Positions 12,801-25,290 of a stretch of 64,000 nucleotides of DNA are shown piece by piece. A program made the translations under genes and the position numbers. The number at the start of each line of letters is the position of its first letter. The stretch's first letter is position 1. The DNA comes from Malacoraja senta. Its lineage: Eukaryota. The notes below the pieces were generated by a model. It had not been told where the DNA came from, ran no database searches, and worked only from the letters and a program-made list of their open reading frames with translations. The stretch is taken from the NCBI GenBank assembly GCA_038087875.1, contig CM075990.1:13952001-14016000 (forward strand), in the 5' to 3' direction.

Positions 12801-15309
12801 CAACAGAGTTTGATAATTTGTTTTCTTGTAGAACAAATAGAGCAGAGGATACTGCAGAGGTCTTCTCTGGTTTGACTCAGAACCATGCCATGGAAATCTT
12901 CCCAGAGAGTCAAAGAATCATATAGCACAGGAACAGGCCCTTTGGTGCTTCAAACCCTGCATTTACACTGGTCCCATCTGCCTGCATTAGATCCATACCC
13001 TTCTCTGCCTGGTCTATTTAAATGTCTGTCTAAATGTCTCGTGCATGTAGTATCTGAGCCTACCATATCTTCTGGTATCATGTTCCAGATATCAATCGCT
13101 CTTGGTGTGTGAAATTATCCCTACAAAAAGCACCTCCCTCTCACCTTTAACCCATCAGCCCTCTTGTTTCTTACTTGAAATGACAGCAACTCCACTAGTT
13201 CAGCATTCCTTCAGTGCTGACTCGCAGTGTTAGCCTGGATAATGTTCTCTGGACTCAGATGCAGCAGAGTCACCAGAGTGTTAAGAACTGAGCCAGGACT
13301 GAATGGTTGTCTGCAGTGGCGGCACCTCCCAAACCTTTACCACCAAAGGGGAAATAATGCGGGCACGGGAACATTGTTGGTGCCCATTAATATGACACTC
13401 CAACCCAATTGAGAAATACATCCCAACTTGTAAATACATTGGTGGTGCCCATTAATATGACACTCCATCCCAACGTGGAAGCACATCCATCATTGTTGTC
13501 GAGTGTAACTGGTGGAAACTCCAAATCTGCAGCATTCCCTTCATCATTGTGACAGCAGCAGTTCAAGAAGATGGCTTACCACCATTGTCTCACGGACAAT
13601 AAATGCAAGCCTTGCCAGCAAAGTCCAATTTACAGGTTTGTAGGTTAATTGGCTTGGTAAAATTGTAAATCTCCCTAGTGTGTTAGTGTACGGGGATCGC
13701 TGGTCGGAGTGGAGTCGGAGGGCCTGTTTCCACGCTGTATCTCTAAAATAAACAAAAAAATGCTGAGAGGGGCAGGAGAACATATGATTAAAGCTGCAGG
13801 ACAGGTTCAAGTTGAGTAAGTAAGTCTAGCGGTGAAACAATAATTGTCTGTGTATTTTTAATGTTTGCACTGGATTATAGCGACAGCATTTCAGAGCAAG
13901 CAAATTTTAAAAAGCAAATATTGAATTATTTCTTATTTTACTGTTGCTCAAATTGTTCTCGAGAAGGTTTGATATGATCTAGTTTAATATGGAGCTGCTA
14001 TAAAGGTGAAAATCCTACAGCATTTCAGTAAATAGAGTCTGTGCTTCACGTTAGAACGTTTGATTTCATTGACTGGCAAGGGATCCAGTTAGCACAGAAA
14101 CATATCACGATTTCTAAATGCAAACAAGAACTCAAAGTTAGATCCTGTTTAACTTAGCAAAGACATTCTCTCTCAGGGTGTTGCCCTCAGAATATGAAAA
14201 TTGATGAGCTTCTGACTGACTTGAGGCACATAATGTCTGTGTTGAACATGATGCCAAGATCTGCCTGAACATAATCCATTTCCCTCCATATCCATTGTCT
14301 ATCTACAGTAAAAGCATCTTAATTGGCACTATTGTATCTGCTTCCACCACCACACCTGGCAGCATGTTCCAGGCACCCTCTGTCTAAATAAGTTGCCCAC
14401 ACATCATGCAGCTGAGCAAGCTGCTACCTCACTGTGCCACAGACCTCGGTTTGACCCTGACCTTGGGTGCCGTCTGTGTTGAGTTTGCATGCCCGCCCTG
14501 TGACCGCTGGGTTTATTCCGGGTGCTCTGGTTTCTTCCCACATCCCAAAGACGTGCACGTTAGTAAGTTAATTGGCCTCTGCAACTTGGCCCTTAGTATT
14601 CAGGAGGTAGATGGGAAGGTGGCATAGATAGATAGGAAAGGTTTAGTGAGATATGTGCCTAATGCAGGGAGGTGAGGCTAGCTTAACTGGGGCGTCTTCC
14701 TCAGCATTGCCAAGTCAGGGCATAGGGCCTGTTTCCGTGCTATACGCCTCTACGACTCTATAACTAGCGTGAACAGATGATTTATGATCGGCGTGGACTT
14801 TGTGGGCCAAAGGACCGTTTTCCATGCTGTGTCTGTAAACTAGTCTGTAAACTAAAAGCAGTGAAATTCTTCAACATTTAGTGTGGACAGCGGTGGAAGA
14901 TAAAAGGGCTGATGTCAACTCTGCAGAGAGAAGCTGAATCACACTGACCATTCCCGCTTGTCACACCCGCCCATCAAAGTGCCAGATACTCAATTAAATA
15001 TTGCTGCTCTTTCTAAAACTCCAATTTTATTTCTTGTAAGAAAGCACATAAAGTAAGTACTTTACTGTAAAACTGAGTACAACAAACTTTTTGTGTATTC
15101 CTAGACATTGAGGAAAGGTCATTTAATTCTCAGCACTGAAATTATCTCGTTATTTTCCAAGTGATTCATCAGGTCAATTACTCACTGATAAATGCCCACG
15201 TCTGGTTCCTTAGTTTTACCATTTTATTTAAGTTATGCATCATATTGTTATTTTCTTCCCTCCAGTAACAAACTGAGACCAGCTTTCCTCCTCTATTCCT
15301 CTAGTCTAA

Positions 15310-15639
15310 AAGCCCTGTCCCACGGTACGTGTTCATTCCAAGAGCTCTCCCGAGTTTTAAAAAAATCAAACTCATGGTAAGCACGGAGAATGAACATAGC
15401 GGGTACGTCGGAGCTCGGGGACGTCTCTTAGCGGCTCGTAACGCTAACGGCAGGTACTCGGGAAGACTCGCGAACAGCAGGTAAGCACGGGAAGACTCGT
15501 GAAGATTTTTCAACATGTTGAAAAATGTCCACGAGAGCCCCGAGTACCGACGAGCGGCCATTACCGTAATTCTCCGAGTTCGAATCAGGGCAAACTCGGG
15601 AGAACTCTTGGGATGAACTTGTACCGTGGGGCAGGGCTT
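15310..15639. mobile_element. PIF/Harbinger-type MITE, family A
   Basis: About 48-bp TIRs (AAGCCCTGTCCCACGGTAC... / ...GTACCGTGGGGCAGGGCTT). TSD TAA at 15307-15309 and 15640-15642. CpG-rich. Confidence 0.85.
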
Positions 15640-15798
15640 TAATAGTCCCTCTATTTTATAGTTTAGTTTAGTTTAGTTTAGTTTAGTTTAGAGATACAGC
15701 GCGGAAACAGGCCCTTCGACCCACCGAGTCCGCACCAACCAGCAATACCTGCACATTAATACCATCCTATACACACTAGGGACAATTTACACATACAC

Positions 15799-16148
15799 TG
15801 TAGTGGCCTGGATGAGGTCAGGAAAAGGCCAGACGCCAGACAGGTTCAGAAATAGTTTAATCAATCATGGCAAACTCACAGATCGCCTGCGAGCAGCCCT
15901 CGGGAAACCCCGTGGCCAGACCATCGTTCCTGTCCCTCAAGAGCCGAGGGGGATGACCCAAGGAGTGGCCTAACCCCCAGGGACCGCCACAGGACCCCCC
16001 CACCGAAGAACCTGAGGCCCCCGGTCGGATGTTATGTCCAGCGGCATCCCGAACCACGCGATCCAGTGCGCCACCAAGGCCCGAGCACAAGCGGCCGTTG
16101 AGGAATCGACCAGCGGAATGGCTTCAGGCCACCGCGTGAAGCTCCACA
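15799..16148 (-). mobile_element. Internally deleted Gypsy LTR element: single LTR (15799-15991), PPT and integrase fragment, nested in an HE1 SINE
   Basis: The LTR is bounded by TG...CA and has ATTAAA on the minus strand. A G-rich PPT abuts it at 15992-16005. The peptide FTRWPEAIPL...HWIAWFGMP..ITSDRGPQ is integrase core. TSD ACAC at 15795-15798 and 16149-16152. Confidence 0.85.
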
Positions 16149-16689
16149 ACACCAAGCCAATTAACCTACATACCTGTATGTCTTTGGGATGTGGTAGTAA
16201 ATCAAAGATCTCGACGTAAACCCACTCGGTCATGGGGAGAACGTACAAACTCCATACAGACAGCAGCCATAGTCAGGATTGAACCCGAGTCTCCGGTGCT
16301 GCAAGTGCTGTAAGGTAGTAACTCTCCCACTGCGTCACCGTGCTGCCTTGTTCCTCTCGTCTTCCCAGGTCCCAGTCTGAAGAAGGGCCCCAACCCAAAA
16401 TGTCATCCATCCTTTTTCTCCAGAGATGCTGCCTGACCTGATGAGTTACTCCAGCTTAGGCTAGGCCTGGTTGGAGCAGTTCAGCATCTTATCCATCGCA
16501 GGGTGGTTTGATCAGTAAAATCACACTTGTCCATTGCTCTCGATCAATTGCCTTGTATATTCTGCACACCAAAGCTTTCTTCAACTTTTCATCAAATGCT
16601 TCATGGTTGAGTCAGAAATAGGAGAGAAAAAATAGGCTTGTAGTCTCAGGTTGGCAGTGGCAACTTTGGGTTTGGGTCAGGTTTTAACT

Positions 16690-17320
16690 TCATATCTGGC
16701 CAGACATCTAGCACAAAGTGTTTACGGGAAAAAACTATCTCCTCTGGCATCAAAGTCCATAATTGCAGGGAAAAAAAGGAAATTCAATATAATATGAGGT
16801 GCTCTAAATATGTAAGATATTGTTGAGACCACATCAGCAGTACCATGTGCCATGGTAGTACCATGTGCCATTTAAGGAAGGATGTTAATGCATTGGAAGC
16901 AGATCAAAGAACCATTGCAGGACTTTATGAAGGCAAATTGGATTGTATCTGCTGGAGTTTAGAAGGCTGAGAGTTGAATTGAGTGAAACGCATAAGATTG
17001 TGAAGGGTCTTGATAGAGCAGAGGTGAAGAGGTGTTGCCTCTAGTGGAAGAATCTAAAATTAGGAGTCATTGTTAAAAATAAATGATTACTCTTTCACAA
17101 GTGATTACTCACAAAGATGAGGTTAAAACTTTTCTCTCAGAGGGTGATGAATCTTCGGAACTTTCCTCAAAGTGTTTGAATATCTTAAGGCAGAAATTAA
17201 TAGATTCTTGATAGGCAAGGTCTGAAAATGTGGGGTTGGGGTTAGGGTTATGATAGGACCAGCTATTGCTTCATTAAATGGTGGAGCGTTATCAAGGGGC
17301 TTCTCCTCCTTCCACTTCAT
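16690..17320 (+). mobile_element. Old, degraded CR1 3' region
   Basis: gttgagaccacatc...aggaaggatgttaatgcattggaag...ttttctctcagagggtgatgaatc aligns by eye to 24720-25200. Confidence 0.75.
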
Positions 17321-20300
17321 ATATTTATTAGTGTAACGTTAGAGACAGGCCAATTGGGGCTGTCAAAGAACCAAAAGCAGACCACAAACGTCACCCATTC
17401 CTTTTCTCCGGAGATGCTGCCTGTCCCACTGAGTTACTCCAGCATTTTGTGTCTACCTTCGGTGTAAACCAGCATCTGCAGTTCCTTCCTACACAAAAGG
17501 AATGTGGAAACAAGGAACTGCAGATGCTGGTTTACACAAAAGGACACAACGTGCTGGAGGAAGTCGGCGGTTCAGGCAGCGTCTCTAAAGAACATGTCTA
17601 GATGACATTTTGGGTTGCGACCCCTCTTGGGGTACCGACCCGAAATGTCACCTCTTCATGTTCTCCAGCGATGCTGCCTCACCCACTGAATTACTCCAGA
17701 ACTTTGTGGGGGGGGGGGGGTTTAAGAAAAGAAAGACGCATTAATGTGGCACCGTCCGCAGCCTCATTGCCTTGAGACCAAGGTTGACCTTGTTAAGTGC
17801 AGTCATGCTTGTAATGTAGAAAATGCAATTTGCAAACAGCAGCGAACACTAGCAGTTAACAAGGAGATATGATGTCTTCTTGATGATGTTGATCGAGGAA
17901 TAAATATGGGTCAGAACACTGGAGAGAAATCCCATGGTCTTTTTCAGAATAGTGTCATGGAATTTTTCACTTCCAACAATGGGAGCAGATGGGAGCTGGG
18001 TTGAACGTCAGATATGAAAGCCCTACTAACAGTGTGGCGTTCCCTCTGTTCTTGAGTGACGTAATAGATTGGAAGTATTTTGAGAAGCTCAGTTCTTTAA
18101 AAGCACTTCACGTACAGGACTGAATTGGAGCCATGTGTGCTCAAACCCAGCGTTGATAGATTGTTGACATTGGGGCTGCCAATCCTATCAGATTTGGCCC
18201 CGAGTCTCCAGGGACCAATCTTCAGGACGCTGCTCTCAGCAACTCTCTCCAGAAGAGTTGTGAAGGAATTAAACAAAATACAGCTGGAGGCAGGGTCTCA
18301 TGGCGTATGATGAAACCTCCAGAGTTGGCAACCACTATTTCTAACGTTCCTGACATAAAGCATGAGAGAAAAACTCCCATTTCCCACGGCTGACAATTGT
18401 AAGGGCAAGTTCAGAAATTAAGCAAATGTGACCAGAAACATCCGGTGCTGATGAAGTGGAGGTAGCTTTCTCTCAATTGAAGTACACTGAAACAGAAGAA
18501 CGGCAATCAGTCTGAAGAAGGGTTCTGACTCAAGACCTCATCTGTCTATTCCCTCCAGAGGTGCTGCCTGACCTGTTGACTTACTCTAACACAAGATTCT
18601 AGCATTTGCAGTTCCTTGTATCTCCATTCATCCGTTCAAGTTTGTTCCACCATTCAATAAGATTGTGCCCCATCTCCACCTTAACACCATTTACTTGACT
18701 TGACACCTTTCATTCTTACCATCAAAAGAAAGAGTGCGCCATGGTGGCGCAATGGCAGAGTTGCTGCCTTACAGCGCCAGAGACCCGGGTTCAATCCTGA
18801 CTTTGGGTGCTGTCCGTATGGAGTTTGTACATTCTCCCCATGACCGCTTGGGTTTTCCTCAGGTGCGCCGCTTTCCTCCCACGCTCCAAAGACATACAGG
18901 TTTGTAGGTCGTACACTAAAAATTGTGTGGGATAGGGTTAGTGTACGGGGATCACTGGTCAGTGTGGATGAGGTGGGTTGAAGGGCCTGAGTCCACACTG
19001 TATCTCTAAACTAAACTAAACTAAATCCATGAATCTTAGTTTTGAACATTATGGCTGATTCTCATCCCACCTCTCTGAGGGGAAAGGGTACTAAAATGCC
19101 AGTGTTCTCTGTGTGAGATAATATCCTTAACAGAATCAAGTCAGATTAGCAATATGTAGCTCTGTGAAGCTTATAAATGATTGCACCCCCTACATTATAC
19201 TTGAAGATTACTTCATTGGCTGTAAAGCTATTTGGGATGTCCTAAAAGGGATGCAGAAGATGCTACGTAAATGCAAGACACTCTTCTAATCAGAGTCACC
19301 GCATTGCAGCAGAGGCAATCAGCACTAAATAAACTAGCTGTATCTCTTTCCATGGAGTTGCATAATGAAGCTAAACAGCTGGGGTGCAGGCTACCAGCCC
19401 AAGGTCTGATTATTAACATAGGTTGCCACCGAGTGTAGGTAACCGGAACCAATTGTTGATAGCAGGGATTCCCAGTGGCTGTGCTAACGCCCTGCTGTCC
19501 ACACTATTAATTCTCTTATGATTCAACCTCCGCCCACTCTGAACTTAACTAGTGAAAATTTCCACCGTGACCACACCTCGCTATGATCTGCTGTCATAGC
19601 CCCTGCCCACTGACTCCTCAGCCCGCTCACTACCTCTCGCACAGTGAGGCTCATTCTCCCCATCTGCCTTTGGTATCAGCACAGGTCTGCTATCTATGAC
19701 CCTATTTCCCCTGAGAATGGTGTGTGTGTAAGTGTGGGGAGGCTAAATAATGATGGACATGTGGACTGATAATCTCCCCATAGGTTTTGGTGTTGCATCC
19801 ATAAGTGACCCTACAGGGAGGCACGGTGGTGCAGCTGGTGGAGTTGTTGCCTCACAGCACTGGTGACCTGGTTCAATCCAGACCACTGGTGCCAACTACA
19901 TTGACTTTGCATGTATTCCCGGGTTTTCTCTTTATGTTTTGTTTTCCTCCCACATCCCAAGTAGGTTAGGTTAACTAGCCATTTTCCTCATCATTGATGC
20001 TGTTTAACTTGCTAAGTATCTCCAACAGTTTCTATATTTTATATATATATATTTTTTAATATTTTTATATTCTAGCCGTTACTCATTCATTTATTTCAGA
20101 GAAATACAACAGTTTCAAGGTCACCCTCACTGAGAATCCAGATTTTTATTCCAATTTTTTGATTGACTGAATTTACATTCCACAACTTTGTTGGGGTAGA
20201 TGGTCAGACCACCTCCACCAACCTACTCCACCAACATGGAGTTTTATAACACTGTAAAAGCCTCCTAATTAGTTTCATAGAATGATTATCAGATGGTAAC

Positions 20301-20493
20301 TAACCCTCTACCACAAAGAGAGATGATACTTACTACCGGTGACCAAAGACAATCAGCCTTGAAGACACTGGCGATCCGTGGCTTCTCTGCATGGGGATTT
20401 TTAGGCTGGGTGACCTGGTAACACCCATCGCTCCCGATGAGCCTGATCGCATTGGCTAGTCCTGCGCTCATCCCGAGTATCAGCGAAGCCTTA

Positions 20494-20808
20494 TAGCCCT
20501 GTCCCACTGTACGAGTTCATTCAAGAGCTCTCCCGAGTTTAAAAAAAATCAAGCTCGTGGAAGCACGTAGAATGTACGTAGCGGGTACGTCGGAGCTCGG
20601 GACGTCTCTTAGCGGCTCGTAACGCTAACGGCAGGTACTCGGGAAACGTGGTAAGCTCGGAAAGACTCGTGAAGATTTTTCAACATGTTGAAAAATGTCC
20701 ACGAGAGCCCCGAGTACCTACGAGCGGCCATTACCGTAAATCTCCGAGTTCGAATCAGGGCAAACTCGGGAGAACTCTTGATTGAACTCGTACAGTGGGA
20801 CAGGGCTT
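20494..20808. mobile_element. PIF/Harbinger-type MITE, family A (second copy)
   Basis: Highly similar to 15310-15639. TIRs AGCCCTGTCCCACTGTACGAGTTCA. TSD TTA at 20491-20493 and 20809-20811. Confidence 0.85.
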
Positions 20809-21639
20809 TTAGTTTGCTGAACATCCAAGACTGGTAGGAATCTCTGATTGCTTAATTGGAGGACATTTCTGACATTAAAGGAGAGGGGCCAGGATTAAGA
20901 GAGCTGTGCCAAAATCATCCCGTCTCATGATGGTGTCATTTTCAGAGCTGCTAAATTGTACGTTCATTTTTGGACAAGAAAGCTGTGAGGGATACAAGCT
21001 GGACGCGGACAGATGGGATTGGTGTTCGTAGGCATCGCAGTTGCAATGAACGAGGAGGGCTGAAAAAAGCAAGAGTCTGTGCCGTATAATTCAATGATTC
21101 CATGAACAGTGACTACCACCTACCACAAACAATGCATCAACTGGATAACACCCTGTTACATTACCGAGCTCCTACATGGGTGCACTGGGATTTAAGGACT
21201 GGTTCTTTACTACTGAGTACCAAGACCCCCAAGTGTGGCAATGTGGCGCAGCTGGTAGAGCTGCTGCCTCACAGCATCAGTTCGATCCCGACCTCGGGTG
21301 CTGTCCGTGTGGAGTTTGCACATTCTCCTTATGACCGCGTGGGTTTATCCGTGCGCTCCGGTTTCCTCCCACAACCCAAAGATGTTGAGTTTGTGGGTTA
21401 ATTGGCTGCTGTAAATTGCCCTTAATGTGTAGGGGGGTGGGTGTGAAATTGGGAAAACAGAGAACTCGTGTGATGGTCGACGTGGATTTGGTGGGCTGAA
21501 GTTTCCATGCTGCTTCTTGGATTCAATTCATTCAATCAATCTGATTGCAGCTTTGCCACAAGCCTTTGGCTGCTCTAAACTTAGTCCATCAGCACACCCT
21601 CAAGTCATTACTCAGAATGAACGTAAGCCTAGTGACAGG

Positions 21640-21885
21640 AAATGACCGCACTGGAACAAGCCCGTGATGTAGGCAGGCGTGGATGCTGTTGACGTTGGCA
21701 CTTCCCCTTTCTGCAAGATGCTAGTGTGAGGGGTGGGTCCGGAGAGGGTGACATCATTCACCCTGCGGTAGGAACGAACACCAGAGGATGTGAGGCAGCA
21801 CAGACTGGAAATGGTACTGGAGGAGTTCCTGTATGCTGGCCCCAGTCTCCATGACGATAAGCACGAAATAATTTGCCCAAGTTTT
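21640..21885 (-). mobile_element. Possible very old RTE-clade LINE remnant
   Basis: Minus-strand translation only weakly resembles the RTE ETW..YR...CL..ILGI...SIL segment. Confidence 0.3.
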
Positions 21886-22039
21886 TTTATCAGTGACCTA
21901 CTACTTTTAGCCAAGCGGATGGTAAAAGTATCTCAATGTTGAAATGTACATGGGCTTAAAATACTCTAGTTACCCTTGATCCTAGCATGCGTTGGCTTTT
22001 TGAAAGTAGGCCTTTAGTACCAGTATGTGGTACCCAAGG

Positions 22040-22330
22040 TCAGAATTAAAGGACGTTCTTTTAGGAAGGAGATGAGGTGAAATGTCTTTAGTCAGAGGGT
22101 GGTGAATCCGTGGAATTCTTTGCCACAGAAGGCTGTGGAGGCCAAATCAATTAATATTTTTAAGGCGGAGATCGATAGATTCTTGATTAGTACAGGTGTC
22201 AGAGATTATGGGGAGAACGCAGGTGAATGGGGTTAGGAGGGTGGGATAGATTATCTATGATTGAATGACGGAGTGGTAAAACTAGATGGGCCGAATGGCC
22301 TAATTCTACTCATATTCCTTATGACCTTAT
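22040..22330 (+). mobile_element. CR1 LINE 3' end
   Basis: cagagggtggtgaatccgtggaattc...gggccgaatggcctaattc; same subfamily as 4250-4520. Confidence 0.85.
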
Positions 22331-22399
22331 GTGACTGGTGTTGTTTCCAACCCTCTACTCTGCGGGAACGTGAAATCTTTGTACATCAATATTTCCAAA

Positions 22400-22960
22400 T
22401 CTATCACTGTTTTAAATAATATTCTGCCTTTCTGCTTATCCTGCCAAGTGAGTAACTTTGCACATATCTTCATTATAAAGCATCCACCATGTATTTACCC
22501 ATTCAATGTATCGGTGTTGCCTCGCAGGCTATTTGCTTGCTCCTTAAAACTCGCGACCTCAACACGTTTCATGTCAGGAGAAACAGAATGTTATAAATTA
22601 TAAATGGTTCCCTCATCCAAGTCATGGACAGATTTTGTGAATAGTTAGGATCCAAACACCAATCCCTGTGGGTCCCCACCAGTCACCGACTGCCTCTTGG
22701 GAAACAACTCATTTATTGCAGCTCTCCATTTTTGCCTGACAACTAATTTTTAATCTGTGCAAATATATTATCCCAGGTCCCATGTGGTTTTATTCTGTAT
22801 ACGAACGTTTGATGAGTGACGTTATTAATGATCTTCTGAAAATCCAAAGGCTTCATATCCCCTGGTTCTCCCTGACTTGCTCCTCCAGTTATCCCCTCAA
22901 AGACTCCAGTAGACAAGGCAAACACAATTCTGCTTTCATAAATCCATGTTGATTTTATCT
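22400..22960 (-). mobile_element. Degraded CR1 RT-region fragment
   Basis: ORF 22743-22925 (LDFQKIINNVTHQTFVYRIKPHG) matches the CR1 LDFQKAFDKVPH motif. A decayed SGVPQGSVLG region lies near 22650-22690. Confidence 0.7.
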
Positions 22961-23342
22961 AATCATGTCAATATTATGCACACTGTTAGATGAAGAGGTT
23001 TTTTGAGTGCTCAGCATGTAGATAGATTTAACATCTCTCTTACTTTCCAGTGGCATGCCTGTGAATTTGAAGGATTTAAGTTTACATTCAGTCCTGACAA
23101 AAGTGCAGTGCCAAGCCAGTCCTTTATGTCTTCTCATCAATACTACCTACCTATCTGGATTTTCAGAAGACCACTAATAAGAGTCAAGAGTGTTGTATTG
23201 TCATATGTCCCAGATAGAACAATGAAATTCTTACTTGCTGCAGCACAACAGAAAATGTAAACTTAGTACACTGTAAACAATATGATAAACGAGAGAGAAA
23301 AAAATGTTGTGTATATATATACACATACTCACAAGTACACAC

Positions 23343-23345
<3 letters not shown>

Positions 23346-23394
<49 letters not shown>
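23346..23394. repeat. (TA)n microsatellite within a Rex/Babar 3' UTR
   Basis: About 24 uninterrupted TA units. Confidence 0.95.
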
Positions 23395-23405
<11 letters not shown>

Positions 23406-24166
23406 TTCAGAAATATATATATTAATATATACACATACTCAAAAAACAAACAATAGTGCAATAATAATAATAGTCGATGTAGTTCAGAGTTTATTTGAGG
23501 TTGTAGCCCCCCATCAAAGTCCCCCACCAAAGATTAGTGTACAAAATTAAACCACATGGGAGCTGGGGTCATATTTTAGCATGGACTAAAAATTAGTTGA
23601 GAGGTAAATTGCAAATAAAACACAAAATACTTGTGCTGTAACTCCAGGATAAGCACTCAACTAAGAAAACCAAGCCCAAAGCCAAAGTATTATCTAACTA
23701 AATATACCAACTTACAATAAATAACTCTATGCAAAAAAACAGCTACCTACATATTCACTAGCTCTTTAAAAAAACAACTAATCGTGTAGATGCAAGTATA
23801 TCATTGGGGTGATCAAGTGGGGACTTCCCTTCACTGGTTCGGCCCACGACACCTCGGGAAGCCTTAACTGTTGGTTTTGGCATCCCATAACAACCCCCCT
23901 CAATACCTGCTCTCACCACCTATGCTACAAGTATCTACTAAATAAAGGAAGCTGCAGCCTATTAGCTCACTCTGCATCCTATTTCCAACGTATCCTAGCT
24001 TAACATGTCATTGTTACAGAATATTTTGTGAATGTCAAAGATGGCACCACACTACTTGAAGAAGAGCCAGGCGTTCTCTCGGTATTTGCAGCAATTTCTG
24101 GTTTGAGTTCCTATGGGAATCCTATGGGAATACTGCACTGTTGTGAGGTGATGCCATCAGATGAAA

Positions 24167-25290
24167 TATTGGGGGTTCAGTATTGATGTGGATAGAGAAC
24201 TGGCTGGCAAACAGGAAGCAAAGAGTAGGAGTAAACGGGTCCTTTTCACAATGGCAGGCAGTGACTAGTGGGGTACCGCAAGGCTCAGTGCTGGGACCCC
24301 AGCTATTTACAATTTATATTAATGATCTGGACGAGGGAATTGAAAGCAACATCTCCAAGTTTGCGGATGACACTAAGCTGGGGGGCAGTGTTAGCTGTGA
24401 GGAGGATGCTAGGAGACTGCAAGGTGACTTGGATAGGCTGGGTGAGTGGGCAAATGTTTTGCAGATGCAGTATAATGTGGATAAATGTGAGGTTATCCAC
24501 TTTGGTGGCAAAAACGGGAAGGCAGACTATTATCTAAATGGTGGCCGATTAGGAAATGGGGAGATGCAGCGAGACCTGGGTGTCATGGTACACCAGTCAT
24601 TGAAAGTAGGCATGCAGGTGCAGCAGGCAGTGAAGAAAACGAATGGTATGTTGGCCTTCATAGCAAGAGGATTTGAGTATAGGAGCAGGGAGGTTCTACT
24701 GCAGTTGTACAGGGTCTTGGTGAGACCACACCTGGAGTATTGCGTGCAGTTTTGGTCTCCAAATCTGAGGAAGGACATTATAGCCATAGAGGGAGTGCAG
24801 AGAAGGTTCACCAGACTGATTCCTGGGATGTCAGGACTTTCATATGAAGAAAGACTGGATAGACTTGTCTTATACTCGCTAGAATTTAGGAGATTGAGAG
24901 GGGATCTTATAGAAACGTACAAAATTCTTATGGGGTTGGACAGGCTAGATGCAGGAAGATTGTTCCCGATGTTGGGGAAGTCCAGGACAAGGGGTCACAG
25001 CTTAAGGATAAGGGGGAAATCCTTTAAGACCGAGATGAGGAAAAACTTTTTCACACAGAGAGTGGTGAATCTCTGGAACTCTCTGCCACAGAGGGTAGTT
25101 GACGCCAGTTCATTGGCTATATTTAAGAGGGAGTTAGATGTGGCCCTTGTGGCTAAAGGGATCAGGGGGTATGGAGAGAAGGCAGGTACGGGATACTGAG
25201 TTGGATGATCAGCCATGATCATATTGAATGGCGGTGCAGGCTCGAAGGGCCGAATGGCCTACTCCTGCACCTATTTTCTATGTATCTATG
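24167..25290 (+). mobile_element. Young 5'-truncated CR1 LINE with an uninterrupted RT C-terminal ORF (24183-25199), inserted into a DeuSINE
   Basis: SGVPQGSVLGP, FADD, LVRPHLEYCVQFWSP and RRLRGDLIE motifs, with no stops over 338 aa. (CTATGTAT)n tail. DeuSINE sequence continues on both sides. Confidence 0.95.

Noticed and set aside
15511..15520. CAACATGTTG as a p53 site
   Set aside because: A single half-site with two mismatches to RRRCWWGYYY and no second half-site.
18150..18336. hAT-like termini GAGTTGGCAACC (also near 46720)
   Set aside because: Only one end is visible each time and there is no TSD, so they are too decayed to call.
23184..23530. YIYIYI ORFs
   Set aside because: Translation of a (TA)n microsatellite.
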